Assembly: GCF_006345805.1 (NCBI RefSeq)
Contig: NC_043004.1
Coordinates: 94,240,001-94,304,000, forward strand
Reading direction: 5' to 3'
Length of the DNA stretch: 64,000 nucleotides
Source of the DNA: Octopus sinensis
Taxonomy: Eukaryota
The stretch's first letter is position 1. The number at the start of each line of letters is the position of its first letter. Below are positions 1 to 11,437 of this stretch, piece by piece. The position numbers and the translations under genes were made by a program. Below the pieces are notes generated by a model that ran no database searches, was not told where the DNA came from, and saw only the letters and a list, made by a program, of their open reading frames with translations.

Positions 1-10
1 ATTCAAAATA

Positions 11-474
11 CAGTCGTCGCCGACTTACGACCACAATTAGTTCTGACTGACTGGTCGTAAGTCGATTTGGGCGTAAGTCGGCCTTTAGACCTACATAGCT
101 TTGTTTTATATTTTTACGTTCTTAAGGCACATTCTCAGGTAAAAGTCACACACAACATACTTGTATTATACTATTATACTGGCGTTGTCAAAAATTTCAG
201 AGTCTCAAGCAGCCGTCTTATAAATAAATACGAGGTTGCCTCGATGTCTCCGCGACAGGAGAATGATAGGTTCCAACACAGTGGCGATCGATAACAAAAT
301 CTAAGGGAAGCGTTTGTCGGCTGACATCAACTGTAGACAGGTTAATTTCTAAGAAATGAAACCCATTAGATTCCAACGGAACTATTTATTATTGCTGCCG
401 GGATCTGGGGCGCCAATGGTCGTAAAGTCGAGTTTGGTCATGAGTTGGATAGGTCGTAAGTCAGCGATGACATG
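11..474. mobile_element. Tigger/pogo-like MITE
   Basis: Left end TA|CAGTCGTCGCCGACTTACGACC matches the reverse complement of right end GGTCGTAAGTCAGCGATGACATG|TA. TA flanks both sides, and GGTCGTAAGTCG motifs repeat internally. Confidence 0.75.
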
Positions 475-1576
475 TAACAGAATAAAGAGGAGATTACTCT
501 GTATTTACAAACCAGAGAGTTGAACTCTTTTGTCCCCTCGATAAATGAATGTTCAAAAGGACAACTTAAAGAAAAACCATTTGTGTGCAGCTTCAAAGCT
601 AAAATCTTCCAGTAACACCGTCTGCCTTTCCTCGTTGACGCTTTCGTCTTCTCGACTGGACTTATGAAGTGTAACGGTGTTGGTATTAGTGTACTGGTTT
701 TCTGAACAACCTGCACGATGAGTATTGTCATAGTAGGCTTGGTTTGTGTAGAGCCAGTTGCACTTTCTCATTTTTCAAGCTTGTTTTGGTTTGGTGCAAC
801 AAGTGCCATGAGCCCAGCAGGTAACAGGATGCAAGCTTTGTATGAAATTACTGTCTCTTAGATTAACAGTTAAAGAACTGAACGGCATCATGTGTCTTTG
901 GTGCGTTAGGGTCCTGTGAATGAATTTCTTCCAGAGACAATTCCGTGACCTGCTAATTGTCCCATAGCTGGGACCCTGGCAGGTGCTACTACTCCGTGTT
1001 AGAGTAGCCCTGAGAACAATGCGGTTATGAAGTGGTTCCACACTCCTCAAAACCCTGGAACTTCTGAACCAGGGCCCCACTACTGGATGCAGTTTCATTC
1101 ATATCTAGGACAGACAAATCAGAGTAATCCTAGTATTACAATTAGAATTTGCATTCATCGCAGGTGTTGAGTTGGTTTTCCCTCATTTATAAATGTATGA
1201 GTGTATTTGTGTGCATGTGTATTGCAATATATATGTTTAAGTATAGATGGATATATTGGTTTTTGTATTTAGCACTATTGTTTTCTCTGTTGCTGCTATA
1301 TATGTTGAGCAGCGGAATACAGAAATTTTCGTCCTTCAGCTTTAACTTCAGATTTATAGTATTCTGTTCTGTTTCGTTTATACAATGCATTCCTCGCCTT
1401 GCATTTAAACATAAGATTTTCAAATTTATAGTAGGGAAAATAAATATGATATGCTTTGCCCGACACAGAAACTGCAGGAGCAACTCAGAGGTTTTGTAAG
1501 CTCTTCTGAATCCATCGCAATGTTGAAAGCACTTCTGTATCAACAGCAAGTATCTTAGAATTACAAGTGTTCGCCT

Positions 1577-1830
1577 TTAAATCTGTGCGCTTCGTCTGAA
1601 TAGAGCAGCCAGAGGAATTAGTCTTCGACTACGGTCTCTTATCAAGCATAGCCATTTTGAGCTGGTTTCGACTGCCGTGTCTATTTCCTGGGTAGCTTTC
1701 TTCACTTGTTTAGGTTTCAGACCAATCTTCTGGAAATGGTGCGCCGATGTAGCTGGAAAACCGCGGCAGCCGACTTCAACAGTGAATGAGGCCATCCCTT
1801 GACAGGAACTCTGTTGGACTCTTTCCAAAC
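1577..1830 (-). mobile_element. Degenerate C-terminal restriction-like endonuclease fragment of an RLE non-LTR retrotransposon (Hero/NeSL-like)
   Basis: Translation FTVEVGCRGFPATSAHHFQKIGLKPKQVKKATQEIDTAVETSSKWLCLIR matches the (KGW)..VEVGCRGF...W motif at RLE retrotransposon C-termini. KGW lies in an adjacent frame (frameshift). Confidence 0.7.
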
Positions 1831-2042
1831 ACAGATACACATACGTCAAGTAGGAACTACCACACAGAAGCAAGCGTACAACAGACAAGCTCGTACACAC
1901 ACATACACAGATCCTGTCATTCCCACCAGTTATAGGTATCTATATCCTTTTTTTAGCTATCATTGATAATTAAATTTCAAATTTAAACTACCTCTAAGAA
2001 GCTTCCAACCATGTGATCTTGGGTTCAGCCACAATATACGGC

Positions 2043-2043
<1 letters not shown>

Positions 2044-2104
<61 letters not shown>
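2044..2104. repeat. (TA)n microsatellite
   Basis: Direct observation. Confidence 0.95.
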
Positions 2105-2106
<2 letters not shown>

Positions 2107-2691
2107 TTCGTCCCTTCTCCTCACTCCTTTGTTTCTTTCCCCCTACTCCCTCTTTTCTCTTTTCTCCTCTGCCTGTTTGCTCCCACGTGACTACAGGCCA
2201 TTTTCTCATTTCTGTCCTATCTGGACGTGACGTGTACTTAGCTGGACGTCATTTCTCTCGCCTCCCGATATTTTCTCTTCTATTTTTCTCTTCTACTATT
2301 TTCTTCTCTTCTATTTCTTCTATATCCTTTCAAAATTCCTCCCAGGCGTTACCCATTACAATTCGTCTTGGCCTAACGGCCCTTAATGTTTGTCTTCGTC
2401 GATTGTTTACTCTGTACGCCCACTTTGTTGCTGTTAGTTCGTTTCATATTTTTTATAATTTTATATTTTAAAAATTTATGGATTTTTTTTTCCTTTACTT
2501 GTTTCAGTCACTTGACTGCGGCCATGCTGGACCACCGCCTTTAGTCGAGCAAATCGACCCCGGGACTTATTCTTTGTAAGTCCAGTACTTATTCTATCGG
2601 TCTCTTTTTGCCGAACCGCTAAGTGATGGGGACGTAAACACACCAGCATCGGTTGTCAAGCAATGCTAGGGGGACAAACACAGACACACAA

Positions 2692-2743
<52 letters not shown>

Positions 2744-3143
2744 GACAGGCTTCTTTCAGTTTCCGTCTACCAAATCCACTCACAAGGCATTGGTCGGCCC
2801 GGAACTATAGCAGAAGACACTTGCCCAAGATGCCACGCAGTGGGACTGAACCCGGAACCATGTGGTTGGTTAGCAAGCTACTTACCACACAGCACTGCTG
2901 TTTTATGAAGTTTTCCTGTCTTGTTGAAAACTCGAAATAGGGAATAATTAACAGTCGACAACTGAGGAAGGGTTACACTTCTTTTCGTATTTTGCCTCGT
3001 ACTTTGTCTCTCATTATGTATTTACGTATTTTTCCCTCGTTGATGACCTGTTCTTATTGCATATTTTTTCGTATTTTGTACTGTACTTATCGCTCGTGTG
3101 TTAACTTATTTTTCACTCGTTGGTGATATCCTGCACTCGATGT
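2105..3143 (+). mobile_element. Penelope-like non-coding terminal segment, interrupted by SINE A
   Basis: Shares blocks with 45262-45672 (CCAGCGTT..GGTCTAACGACCCT..TGTTTGT; ACTCGAAATA.GG..TA.TTA.ACAG.CGACAACTGA.G.AGGG). Ends in (TA)n and carries a degenerate hammerhead fold. The Penelope assignment is inferred. Confidence 0.45.
2494..2893 (-). mobile_element. tRNA-derived SINE family A
   Basis: Full match to the many other copies: tRNA-like head GGCTGTGTGGTAAG..GGTTCAGTCCC, core GTGAGTGGATTTGGTAGACGGAAACTGAAAGAAGCC, central CA/TA microsatellite, tail ending GAAACAAGTAAAAG. Confidence 0.9.
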
Positions 3144-3183
3144 ATTATATATATATATATACAGAGAGAGAGAGAGAGAGCAC

Positions 3184-3229
<46 letters not shown>

Positions 3230-3290
3230 CACATGTATATATATTTGTGTGTGTGTTGCATGACTGTTTAGTTGATGGTATACAGTAGTA

Positions 3291-3480
3291 AAAGGCGGTG
3301 AGCTGGCAGAAACGTTAGCACGCCGGGCGAAATGCGTAGCCGTATTTCGTCTGCCATTACGTTCTGAGTTCAAATTCCAAGTACCAGTTACACACTGCGG
3401 TCGATATAATCGACTTAATCCGTTTGTCTGTCCTTGTTTGTCCTCCCTGTGTTTAGCCCCTTGTGGGTAGTAAAGAAATA
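3291..3480 (+). mobile_element. SINE family B, internally deleted, with 14-bp TSD
   Basis: Head GGCGGTGAGCTGGCAGAAACGTTAGCACGCCGGGCG and tail CCCCTTGTGGGTAGTAAAGAAATA. GGTATACAGTAGTA occurs at 3277-3290 and 3481-3494. Confidence 0.9.
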
Positions 3481-3824
3481 GGTATACAGTAGTATGTGCT
3501 TTCGGAGACACAAGGGCTACAGCTTTTTTTTGCACTCGGAATACCCCTTCGTTCACAACAGTTAAATATACCACCTAGATATACCCGACATTGATCATCC
3601 GGATATGTATTATTCTTTCTTTCTTTTATAAATGGTCCTAGTTGAGCAATCTATTGTTAGGACTAAATTCTTGCCCTTGTGTATCATTTACTATAAAGTA
3701 AATGCTTATTGTAAAGAAATAATGAAACGAATTACTAATTGCTTTCTTATAAATTCAAACATTATATTCTATTTACGGAGTGTTCTTTCACTGGTTTTAT
3801 TTGTCCACATAAACGTCACAATAA

Positions 3825-3825
<1 letters not shown>

Positions 3826-3885
<60 letters not shown>

Positions 3886-4036
3886 AATAAATATATATAT
3901 ATATGTATATATATACATACATACATACATATATATAAGCAGACATATATATATATATACGCAGACATAAATGTATATATATGTGTACACATATACGTAC
4001 ATGGACACACACTTATACATGAATTCATTTATATAT

Positions 4037-4110
<74 letters not shown>

Positions 4111-4140
4111 GTATGTTTATATGTATGTATGTATATATAT
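3826..4140. repeat. Compound (TA)n/(TACA)n microsatellite
   Basis: Direct observation. Confidence 0.9.
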
Positions 4141-4616
4141 ATTCTCTATCTCTTGGGAGAAATATATTACAATGTTCATACACACATAGATTAGATTCTA
4201 CTACAGATATTTTTATGTAGCAGTGTAGACAATTCCACAAATGTAATTCAGTATGACTTAATGTTGTTTCTCCCGAGAGACTTTCAACAACGGCGACAGG
4301 AAAAACAACAATAATTTAATACTCTTTCCCCGCAATGTAAAGAATTAAATAGACTGAGAACAATAAAATCAACATTACTACCATTATTTTTATCGATTGT
4401 TTCCGTCCACGTGGAACACGAACGTGTGGTTACCAGAGATAAGGCGTAGCCTCTTGGGTAACAGGGGCCAAAAGCCGTTCGATAACCCCAGTGAGAAAAA
4501 TGAAATTTTGACAAAGCCAGAAAAAAATTCCAGAAAAATGCTTGTGGTTTTGCCCAACTTTATAGTGATGTCAACTACTCCATTATCAATGTACAGCAAT
4601 GTGTGGTTAAAAGCTA

Positions 4617-4993
4617 TAGGTGCAGGTGTGGCTGCGAGGTAAGAAGCTTGCTTCCCAATCACATGGTTCTGGACTTAGTCTAACTGTGTTGCACCTTGGG
4701 TAAGTGTCTTGTACTATAGCCTCGGGACCAACCAAAACCTTATGAGTGTATTTAGTAGAGTGAAACTGAAAGAAGCCCGTCGTATGTATATATTTATGTG
4801 TTTGTGTCTGCATTTGTCTCCCACCATCGCTTGACAACTGATGTTGGTGTGCTTACGTCTCCGTAACTTAGCAGTTCGGCAAAAGAGACTGATAGAATAA
4901 GTACCAGGATCACAAGAAATAAGACCAGGGGTCGATTTCTTCGACTAAAAGATGGTGCTCCTGCATAGCTACAGTAAAAATGAAACAAGTGAA
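4617..4993 (+). mobile_element. SINE family A (diverged)
   Basis: Head, core and tail align with the family A copies. Confidence 0.85.
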
Positions 4994-5032
4994 AACATTT
5001 TTAAATGGTTTTCAACTTGGGTCCATTTAAAA

Positions 5033-5160
5033 CTTTTTTCACTTGTTTCAATCATTTGACTGCGGCCATGCTGGAGCACCATCTTTTAGTCGAAGAAATC
5101 GACCTCTGGACTTATTTCTTGTGATCCCGGTACTTATTCTATCAGTCTCTTTTGCCGAAC
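5033..5160 (-). mobile_element. SINE family A 3' tail fragment
   Basis: CTTGTTTCAATCATTTGACTGCGGCCATGCTGGAGCACC...TTTTGCCGAAC. Confidence 0.8.
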
Positions 5161-5269
5161 TGGACCAGAAATTTTGCTGAGATTGTTGGTGTCTAGTTAG
5201 GGACGCACCTCCAGGTGGATAGAAACTAAAATCAAGTTGCGAGCAAGGTAGCTAGTTTGACATGCAAAT

Positions 5270-5490
5270 TCGTTGAGAAGCTATCGCTGAAATATCGTGA
5301 AGAGGAGGAGAACGCATACATCACCGCCATTATTTATTGCTACCTGGCTGTCGTGACTTGTAGCAGTTTTTTATGGGACTAAATTGGATCGTTTGCAATT
5401 TCGCTTCTTGTGGAAAGAACACTTTCCACTTAACAGAATAGTAAAAATTCCTACAAATGACTTCTGCGAGAACTCGACATACTGTAGCTG
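5270..5490 (+). mobile_element. Degenerate L1/Tx1-like LINE ORF2 fragment (post-RT region)
   Basis: Plus frame reads KLSLKYREEEENAYITAIIYCYLAVVTCSSFYGTKLDRLQFRFLWK. This resembles the LSLxGR...Y.L.V..C......L.RL.F.FLW block of Tx1/L1 ORF2 (recalled motif). Confidence 0.5.
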
Positions 5491-6130
5491 ATAATGCGCA
5501 GATATACGCTAATGCGATGGACTTTGTAGAGATTCCAAGAAGATGAAAAAGTGTGATCACTATTTGAGCGCACTCTTTCATGTAGTTTGTCTCCTTGTTG
5601 ACCCAAGCAAGGACCTAGTTTGACTGTTTAGTATCAAAAATGTCAGGCGCTAGCAGTTTTCTACTACTCGAGTAACACCGCCTATGGTACGTCAACTTTA
5701 GCATTCTAAGGGAATTAGTAGTCAGTAAAACTGAGAGCGTTCTTGGCAAAACTTGATGCCGGTGAAGATCAAATGAAGAAAAACAGAAACAGAAACAAAA
5801 CAAACGAAAACTTTGAAAAATACTAACATTATTGCAAATAATAACAATAATAATAATAATAATTCCTGTCGTTTTAATATAGAAATTAGCGTAAGTAGAG
5901 AAACTGACAATTGACATAGCAACACTAATGCACGCTTGCAAACATTTTCCCTGTTAAATAAAGAAAACAACGGGAAAATTTATAAGCCCGCATTTACTTA
6001 CAATAAAGAAACTTGAATATTAACAAATTAGTCGAAGAAGCATCTATTTGGCAAAATTTTGTAACAAAATCACACGTATTTCCATTGGAAAGTCATCTAC
6101 TTACGCGTCACAAAGAACTGAACAAAGTTA

Positions 6131-6281
6131 TATACATTATTTACATTATTTACATTCGAAGGATATTTGTCCTCATCTTGTTTGTTGTTAACACGTTTCG
6201 GCTGATATACACTCCAGCCTTCTTCAGGAGACTTGGGGAAATTTCGAACCTGGGTTCTCATTCCTAAGGTATTTTTCTATG

Positions 6282-6284
<3 letters not shown>
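6131..6284 (-). mobile_element. Penelope-like element 3' terminus with hammerhead-like core
   Basis: Same terminus as the GIY-YIG-bearing copy at 24700-24810 (GAAAAATACCTTAGGAATGAGAACCCAGGTTCGAAATTTCCCCAAG...GATGAGGACAAATAT), with a (AATAATGTA)n tail. Contains CTGAAGA-A-GGCTG..CAGCC-GAAA. Confidence 0.7.

Positions 6285-6360
<76 letters not shown>
6285..6360. repeat. (ATT)n microsatellite
   Basis: About 25 perfect units. Confidence 0.95.
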
Positions 6361-6362
<2 letters not shown>

Positions 6363-6793
6363 GTTTGACTTTTGCTTTATATTTGTACAAGTTGGCTCCA
6401 AGTCTCACCCAGAGACCTCAAGAGACAACAGGCTGGAAGTTCGTGATGTTCTTATGCCTAGTGTGCATATATTTGGTTTTGTATTTTTTGTTGTACTAGT
6501 GAATGTCAAAAAAAAACCCAAAATCATGTTTGTTTTAAAACTCGAGATTACATAGAAAGTATTTTGCCAAGGATATGAGCAGTTCCCATGAGCACTATCT
6601 TTTGAATTTCTACCATTTTGGGGTTTCCTGGTATCTGAGTTAGGTAGCGATCAGCCCCTTTTGCTATAATTCCCAGGGCACCTATGACAACAGGTATTGC
6701 TTTAGTCTTCAGGGTCCACATTTTGCTGATTTTTATTTCAAGATCTTTATATTTGCTCAGTTTTTGGTAGGTTTTGACAGATACGTTTATATT
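6361..6793 (-). mobile_element. 5'-truncated R4/Dong-like RLE retrotransposon (C-terminal CDS 6548-6793 plus 3' UTR) in an (AAT)n array
   Basis: Open 81-aa frame NINVSVKTYQKLSKYKDLEIKISKMWTLKTKAIPVVIGALGIIAKGADRYLTQIPGNPKMVEIQKIVLMGTAHILGKILSM*. The KxxKYxDL / IPVVIGALG motifs are typical of the R4/Dong RLE domain. AAT repeats flank both ends. Confidence 0.85.
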
Positions 6794-6812
6794 GATTATT
6801 ATTATTATTATT

Positions 6813-7324
6813 GAGTGAGAGAGCAGTTCATGCCATCAAAGTGACACTGGGGTAAAATATACGAAGCCCAATATACCCATCATGACTACCTGTCTGATAA
6901 GGGTACACCAGGCACATGCATCACAATCATATGTGCGTGACATGGTGATCTCATATCAAGGTAAACAGCGCATGACCTTGCAGGTGGGGTCCAGTTAGAT
7001 TTACTTCAGGTCGCGTAACTCATCCCGCTCAAAAGGTCCCTGAATAAGGGTTGTTTAAGGATCTTGAAAGAACCACCCATGTTTCCAGAGGTGAATTATT
7101 CAAACCCCAAAGAATCCCTCTCAACACATGGCTATGATGCTCCTCCACTACTTCTGCTTGTGATCAGAGATGCACATATCGTCAGCCACTAAGGGACATG
7201 CTCAACTGGTTAAGGTCAAACAACTGACAAGCAAATCTGTGCTATTGAGCAGAATATTTGCTGTAGCCCATCTTTTATACCAAGACAAAACAATGTACAT
7301 GATGATACTTCCAATCAGTTAAGA

Positions 7325-7326
<2 letters not shown>
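6813..7326 (-). mobile_element. ~500-bp non-coding retroposon ('element D') with (AAT)n at both ends
   Basis: Highly similar second copy at 12271-12766. On the minus strand it ends ...CTCTCTCACTC-AATAATAAT. Confidence 0.75.
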
Positions 7327-7388
<62 letters not shown>

Positions 7389-7400
7389 CATTATTATCAT
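7327..7400. repeat. (ATT)n microsatellite
   Basis: Direct observation. Confidence 0.95.
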
Positions 7401-7402
7401 AA

Positions 7403-7613
7403 AGGCGGCGAGCTGGAAGAAAGTTACTGCACCGGACAAAATTCTTAACGGCATTTCATCTGTCTTTACCATTTTTAGTTCAAATGCCGCTGAGGTCGAC
7501 TTTGTCTTTTAGCCTTTAGAGGTCGATAAAATAAATACCAGTTGAATCCTGAGGTCAAAATAATCGACCATTCCTCTGCCCCGAAACTGCTGGCCTTGTG
7601 CCAAGATTTCAAG
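7403..7613 (+). mobile_element. SINE family B (second tail type), diverged
   Basis: GGCGGCGAGCTGG head, GAGGTCGACTTTG..GTCGATAAAATAAATACCAG core, GGCCTTGTGCC tail. Confidence 0.75.
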
Positions 7614-7819
7614 CCATTATTACTTTTTTGAGTTGTTGTTGTAGTTGCTGTTCCAGTTATGTCTGTCAAGTTTTTGTCTGCAGATGATGTTTGCTGTGAG
7701 CTTGCTTACGTCTGTATAAGAATATACAGGTCAGTATGTAATAAAACATATTTGGTGTAAACGTCTCCCGAAACGGCTCTATGTAAATGTCATGCTTATG
7801 TAAGCATGTGAGTGCTTGC

Positions 7820-8164
7820 ATATGTATGTGTGTATATATGTATGTATGTGTGTGTAAGTACATATATATATGTATGTATGTATGCATGTATGTATGTATG
7901 TATGTATGTGTGTGTGTGTGTATGTATGTATGTGTGTATGTATGTATGTATGTATGTATGTTTATATATGTATGTATGTGTGAGTGTGTATATATATATA
8001 TGTATGTGTGTGTGTATATATATATGTGTGTGTATGTGTGTGTATATATAGGATTTTTGGAACAGGGCAAATAGAATGCAATACATAAGGGTGAGAATGT
8101 GTGTGTGCGTGTGAGTGTGTGTGTTTGTGCGTGTGAGTGTGAGTGTGTGTGTCTGTGTGTGTGT

Positions 8165-8212
<48 letters not shown>
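7820..8212. repeat. Degenerate (TATG)n/(TG)n low-complexity array
   Basis: Direct observation. Confidence 0.9.
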
Positions 8213-8215
<3 letters not shown>

Positions 8216-9342
8216 TGTTGCTTGTTTTAAGACACGTGCCCATAGAACACGAGCCCTGCTGACGTCAGCAATACATACCTACCATTCTATATGAATACAT
8301 GTCTACATTAGTTTCTGATGAGATATATTCTCCCCTACCCATTTTATGTTATGAGGCGTCGTAAGTTAACCCCTCAGCAAACCTTCATTCTGCTAGTCAA
8401 ATTCGAATGGCGACTGTAATTCTTTCGCTTACCCTTCTAAGATCAATGTAAAGTCTCAGTGCACTGCGATGTACTTATAGTATTTACTGACATTTAACAT
8501 TACGCCATGTTATGGAAACGTCGTTACGTTTTCGATCCATCTGCTAGAAATAACAGCCAAATTTTCTTTAAGTTACATATCATGTTACAAAAGAGGAAGG
8601 ACGCAGTTTAGACGAGTCTTTCATAATTAGAGTGGCTTTGATCATACCTGCTTGATCAGAACTAACTTCGGGCTAAAAAGCAACAGTTACTATAATCTAT
8701 TAAAAAAAAACAGCTAAATCTTCTCTAAATCACTTCTTACCGTCTTAAGGAAAGAACGCATGGGACAACATTGTGCTGGATCAGGGCTATATAAAGTCCC
8801 ACAGAGGCCCTAAGCACTTGAAATATTTTGGTGACCCCTTATATATGTAATTCAAAATATAAACAGAAATTGACCATGATATAATTTTTTTTCTTTTTCA
8901 AAATGAAACAAAACTAACAGTAAGATGGAATATAATGTTTAATTTTGTATTCTTCCACTTCATTTATATTCTTTGAAAACTTTTCTCTTACTTTTTTGAC
9001 TGAAAAGTCTTGGATCAGATCCTCAAAATTAACCTTACGTAAGACATCTGCTTCAATACTTAGTAGAGATAAGGCTTCCCGAATATTATTTTTGCAAATT
9101 TAAAGTGATATCTTTTGTGCCGTAGACCAATTACCATTTTTGTGGTGGAGCTCGACCCGCTTCCCTTGATACCCTAAAAACGTGCTCATTTTGCTTAATA
9201 GTTAATCCAGCGCTGCTCTGGATACACAATGAGATGGATTAACCACGAATAGAATATATTTGATCTTAGATTTACTCAATATAATTTCACCTACTGCTAA
9301 ACATGAAACTCAGCAGTCACATCTCGAAAGTACATTTTAGTA

Positions 9343-9901
9343 CAATGGTTCTCAACCTGAGATCAATGGCCCTTGTGAGTCCATATAACATTTTGTTGTT
9401 AAAACTGATGTAATAAATTAGTTATATTCCTAGAATACACACATTATTTTGACACTTTTTTTTCGCAATATTTTTTTCCTAATATTTAATTCTAAAAAAT
9501 ATAACAAGATTGGATCTTTTCGGTTTGAACGGCAGTTTTTAACATAATTTCTAGGTAACTAAAAAATTTTAAACTTCGTATACTGGTAGAATGTGCTAAT
9601 AAAACATCTTTTTCTATTGGCTTTATTGAGAAAATTGCCGAAATGCAAGAAATTAAAGACCAAATATCTTACAAACTATAGAATTTTCTCAATAAAGCCA
9701 AGAGAAAAAGATGTTTTATAAACACATTCTACCAGGATACGAAGTTTAAAATTTTTTAGTTTCCTAGAAATTATGTTAAAACCTGCCGTTCAAACCGAAA
9801 AGATCCAGAAGATTTTCTAAACATCGAATGTTTATGAGGGTCCGCCCAAGTAAAATAGGAATCAAAGAGTTCCAAAGGCAAAAAATGACTGAGAATCACT
9901 G
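9343..9901. mobile_element. hAT-like MITE (diverged), host of a nested foldback MITE
   Basis: Ends CAATGGTTCTCAAC ... ACTGAGAATCACTG resemble CAGTGGTTCTCAAC hAT TIRs. No clean TSD. Confidence 0.55.
9512..9806. mobile_element. Foldback MITE with ~130-bp TIRs and 8-bp TSD (Merlin-like)
   Basis: GGATCTTTTCGGTTTGAACGGCAG... pairs with ...CTGCCGTTCAAACCGAAAAGATCC. Flanks are ACAAGATT (9504-9511) and AGAAGATT (9807-9814). The superfamily call rests on GG termini and the 8-bp TSD. Confidence 0.7.
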
Positions 9902-9965
9902 TAGTGCTTAAAATATGAAGGAAACCATAAATAAAGGAGCTTAATGCCTAAACTAAAATGGGATG

Positions 9966-10078
9966 CATCGTGACGTATATTTGCCATTTAAATATGGCTA
10001 ACCCCTAAGGGTGGATGCTACAGTAGCATCCACCCTTAGGGGTCAGCCATATTTAAATGGCAAATATACGTCACGATG
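9966..10078. repeat. 113-bp near-perfect palindrome
   Basis: 56-bp arms (9966-10021 and 10023-10078), 1-nt centre, one mismatch. Confidence 0.9.
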
Positions 10079-10199
10079 TGTTGCAGCTACTGTTTATAAC
10101 TCGCTCAAAGATTTATTATTAAAATGGGATGATGTGGCTGAAATGCTTTTGATTTACTTTATCAAGGATGACCTAGTTTAAACGACAACAATAACATCT

Positions 10200-10370
10200 C
10201 TGCTTTAGAGCAATAACATTAAAGACTATCTGTCCATCCCTTCCCATAAGAAACGGTTCAATTTCCCTGTGTCTTACTGATAAAATATTTCTCACAGCAA
10301 ATACTTCCTTATAGTCAATGAAGCAAACTTTAGACATCTCTTTTCCTCGTTGTTTCCCGTCGTTTGTCAA
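10200..10370 (-). mobile_element. Possible old LINE reverse-transcriptase relic (RTE-like)
   Basis: KVCFIDYKEVF resembles the RT motif CFIDYxKAFD. Otherwise very decayed. Confidence 0.3.
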
Positions 10371-11039
10371 GTTATTTCCGCCATGATTCAGAACAATATT
10401 TACATTTTGACTGTGTTTGGAAATTTATTTATAGCTAATTTTTGCTGCATGTTGCGAATGCGAGAAGCCTGAGTTACGCGTTCAAATACTCCTGGATGCT
10501 TTTCTTGTGGTTGTTGCTGTATTGTAGCCCAAAGTCAGATCTGATCGAGCATATTGATGATAAAAAAATCTTCCATATGCCACCCTCCGGTAATTTCTTT
10601 CTTTCGGATATGGTGATCTTAGGACGACATTTTCCAACAAATTCTTCTTCCATTTTAAGAAATCAGTGTGTAATTCGAGGTAGATTTGCTTGCTATTTCT
10701 AGCAGGTTGAACGATTGGGCAGCGGTCTTCTCGTTGGCTCATAATGATAGTATTCTTATATCAGTGTTATATTTAGAAAAGCTGCCTCTACTACTGCTAG
10801 TCATACCATGAGTAGGGATTAGTAGCAGGAGCGAGTTTGTTAGTGTTCAGAGATCAGTACCTCTTAAGTCTTGGGTGACCCATTACGAAAAACAAGAAAG
10901 AATATCGAAGATAATTAAATTAAATTAGGTCAAAAGGAATGTAATGAAATTCATAACGTCCAAGCCCTTTTCGTTACCCTCTCACTACATATATTTCCTT
11001 TAAGATTTAGTGATGGACGACTCAAAAGAAATGTATCTT

Positions 11040-11247
11040 TTATCTTTTATTCGTTTTAGCCATTCAACTGCGGCCATGCTCGGGTACCGACACAAAGAAA
11101 TTTTAGTCGAACCAATAGACACCAGTGCATTTTCTCTTTCAACGAATAGTACTTATTCTATCGATTTATTTTGCTGAACCGCCAAGTTATGGGGGCGTAA
11201 GCACAACAACATCGGTTGTTAAGTGGTATAAGGGACAAACATAGATA

Positions 11248-11289
<42 letters not shown>

Positions 11290-11437
11290 TTTCCATCCAG
11301 AAAATTCGATCACAAGGCTTTGGTCGATCCGAGGCTATATAGTAGAAGACACTCGACCAAGTTGCCGCGCAGAAGGATTGAACCAGGAACCATGTGGCTG
11401 CAAGCAAACTTTTTATCACACAGCCACACCTGCACCT
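11040..11437 (-). mobile_element. SINE family A (diverged)
   Basis: Tail, (CA)n centre and head align with the family. Confidence 0.8.

Noticed and set aside
772-777. In-frame TGA as selenocysteine
   Set aside because: No selenoprotein context and no SECIS identified.
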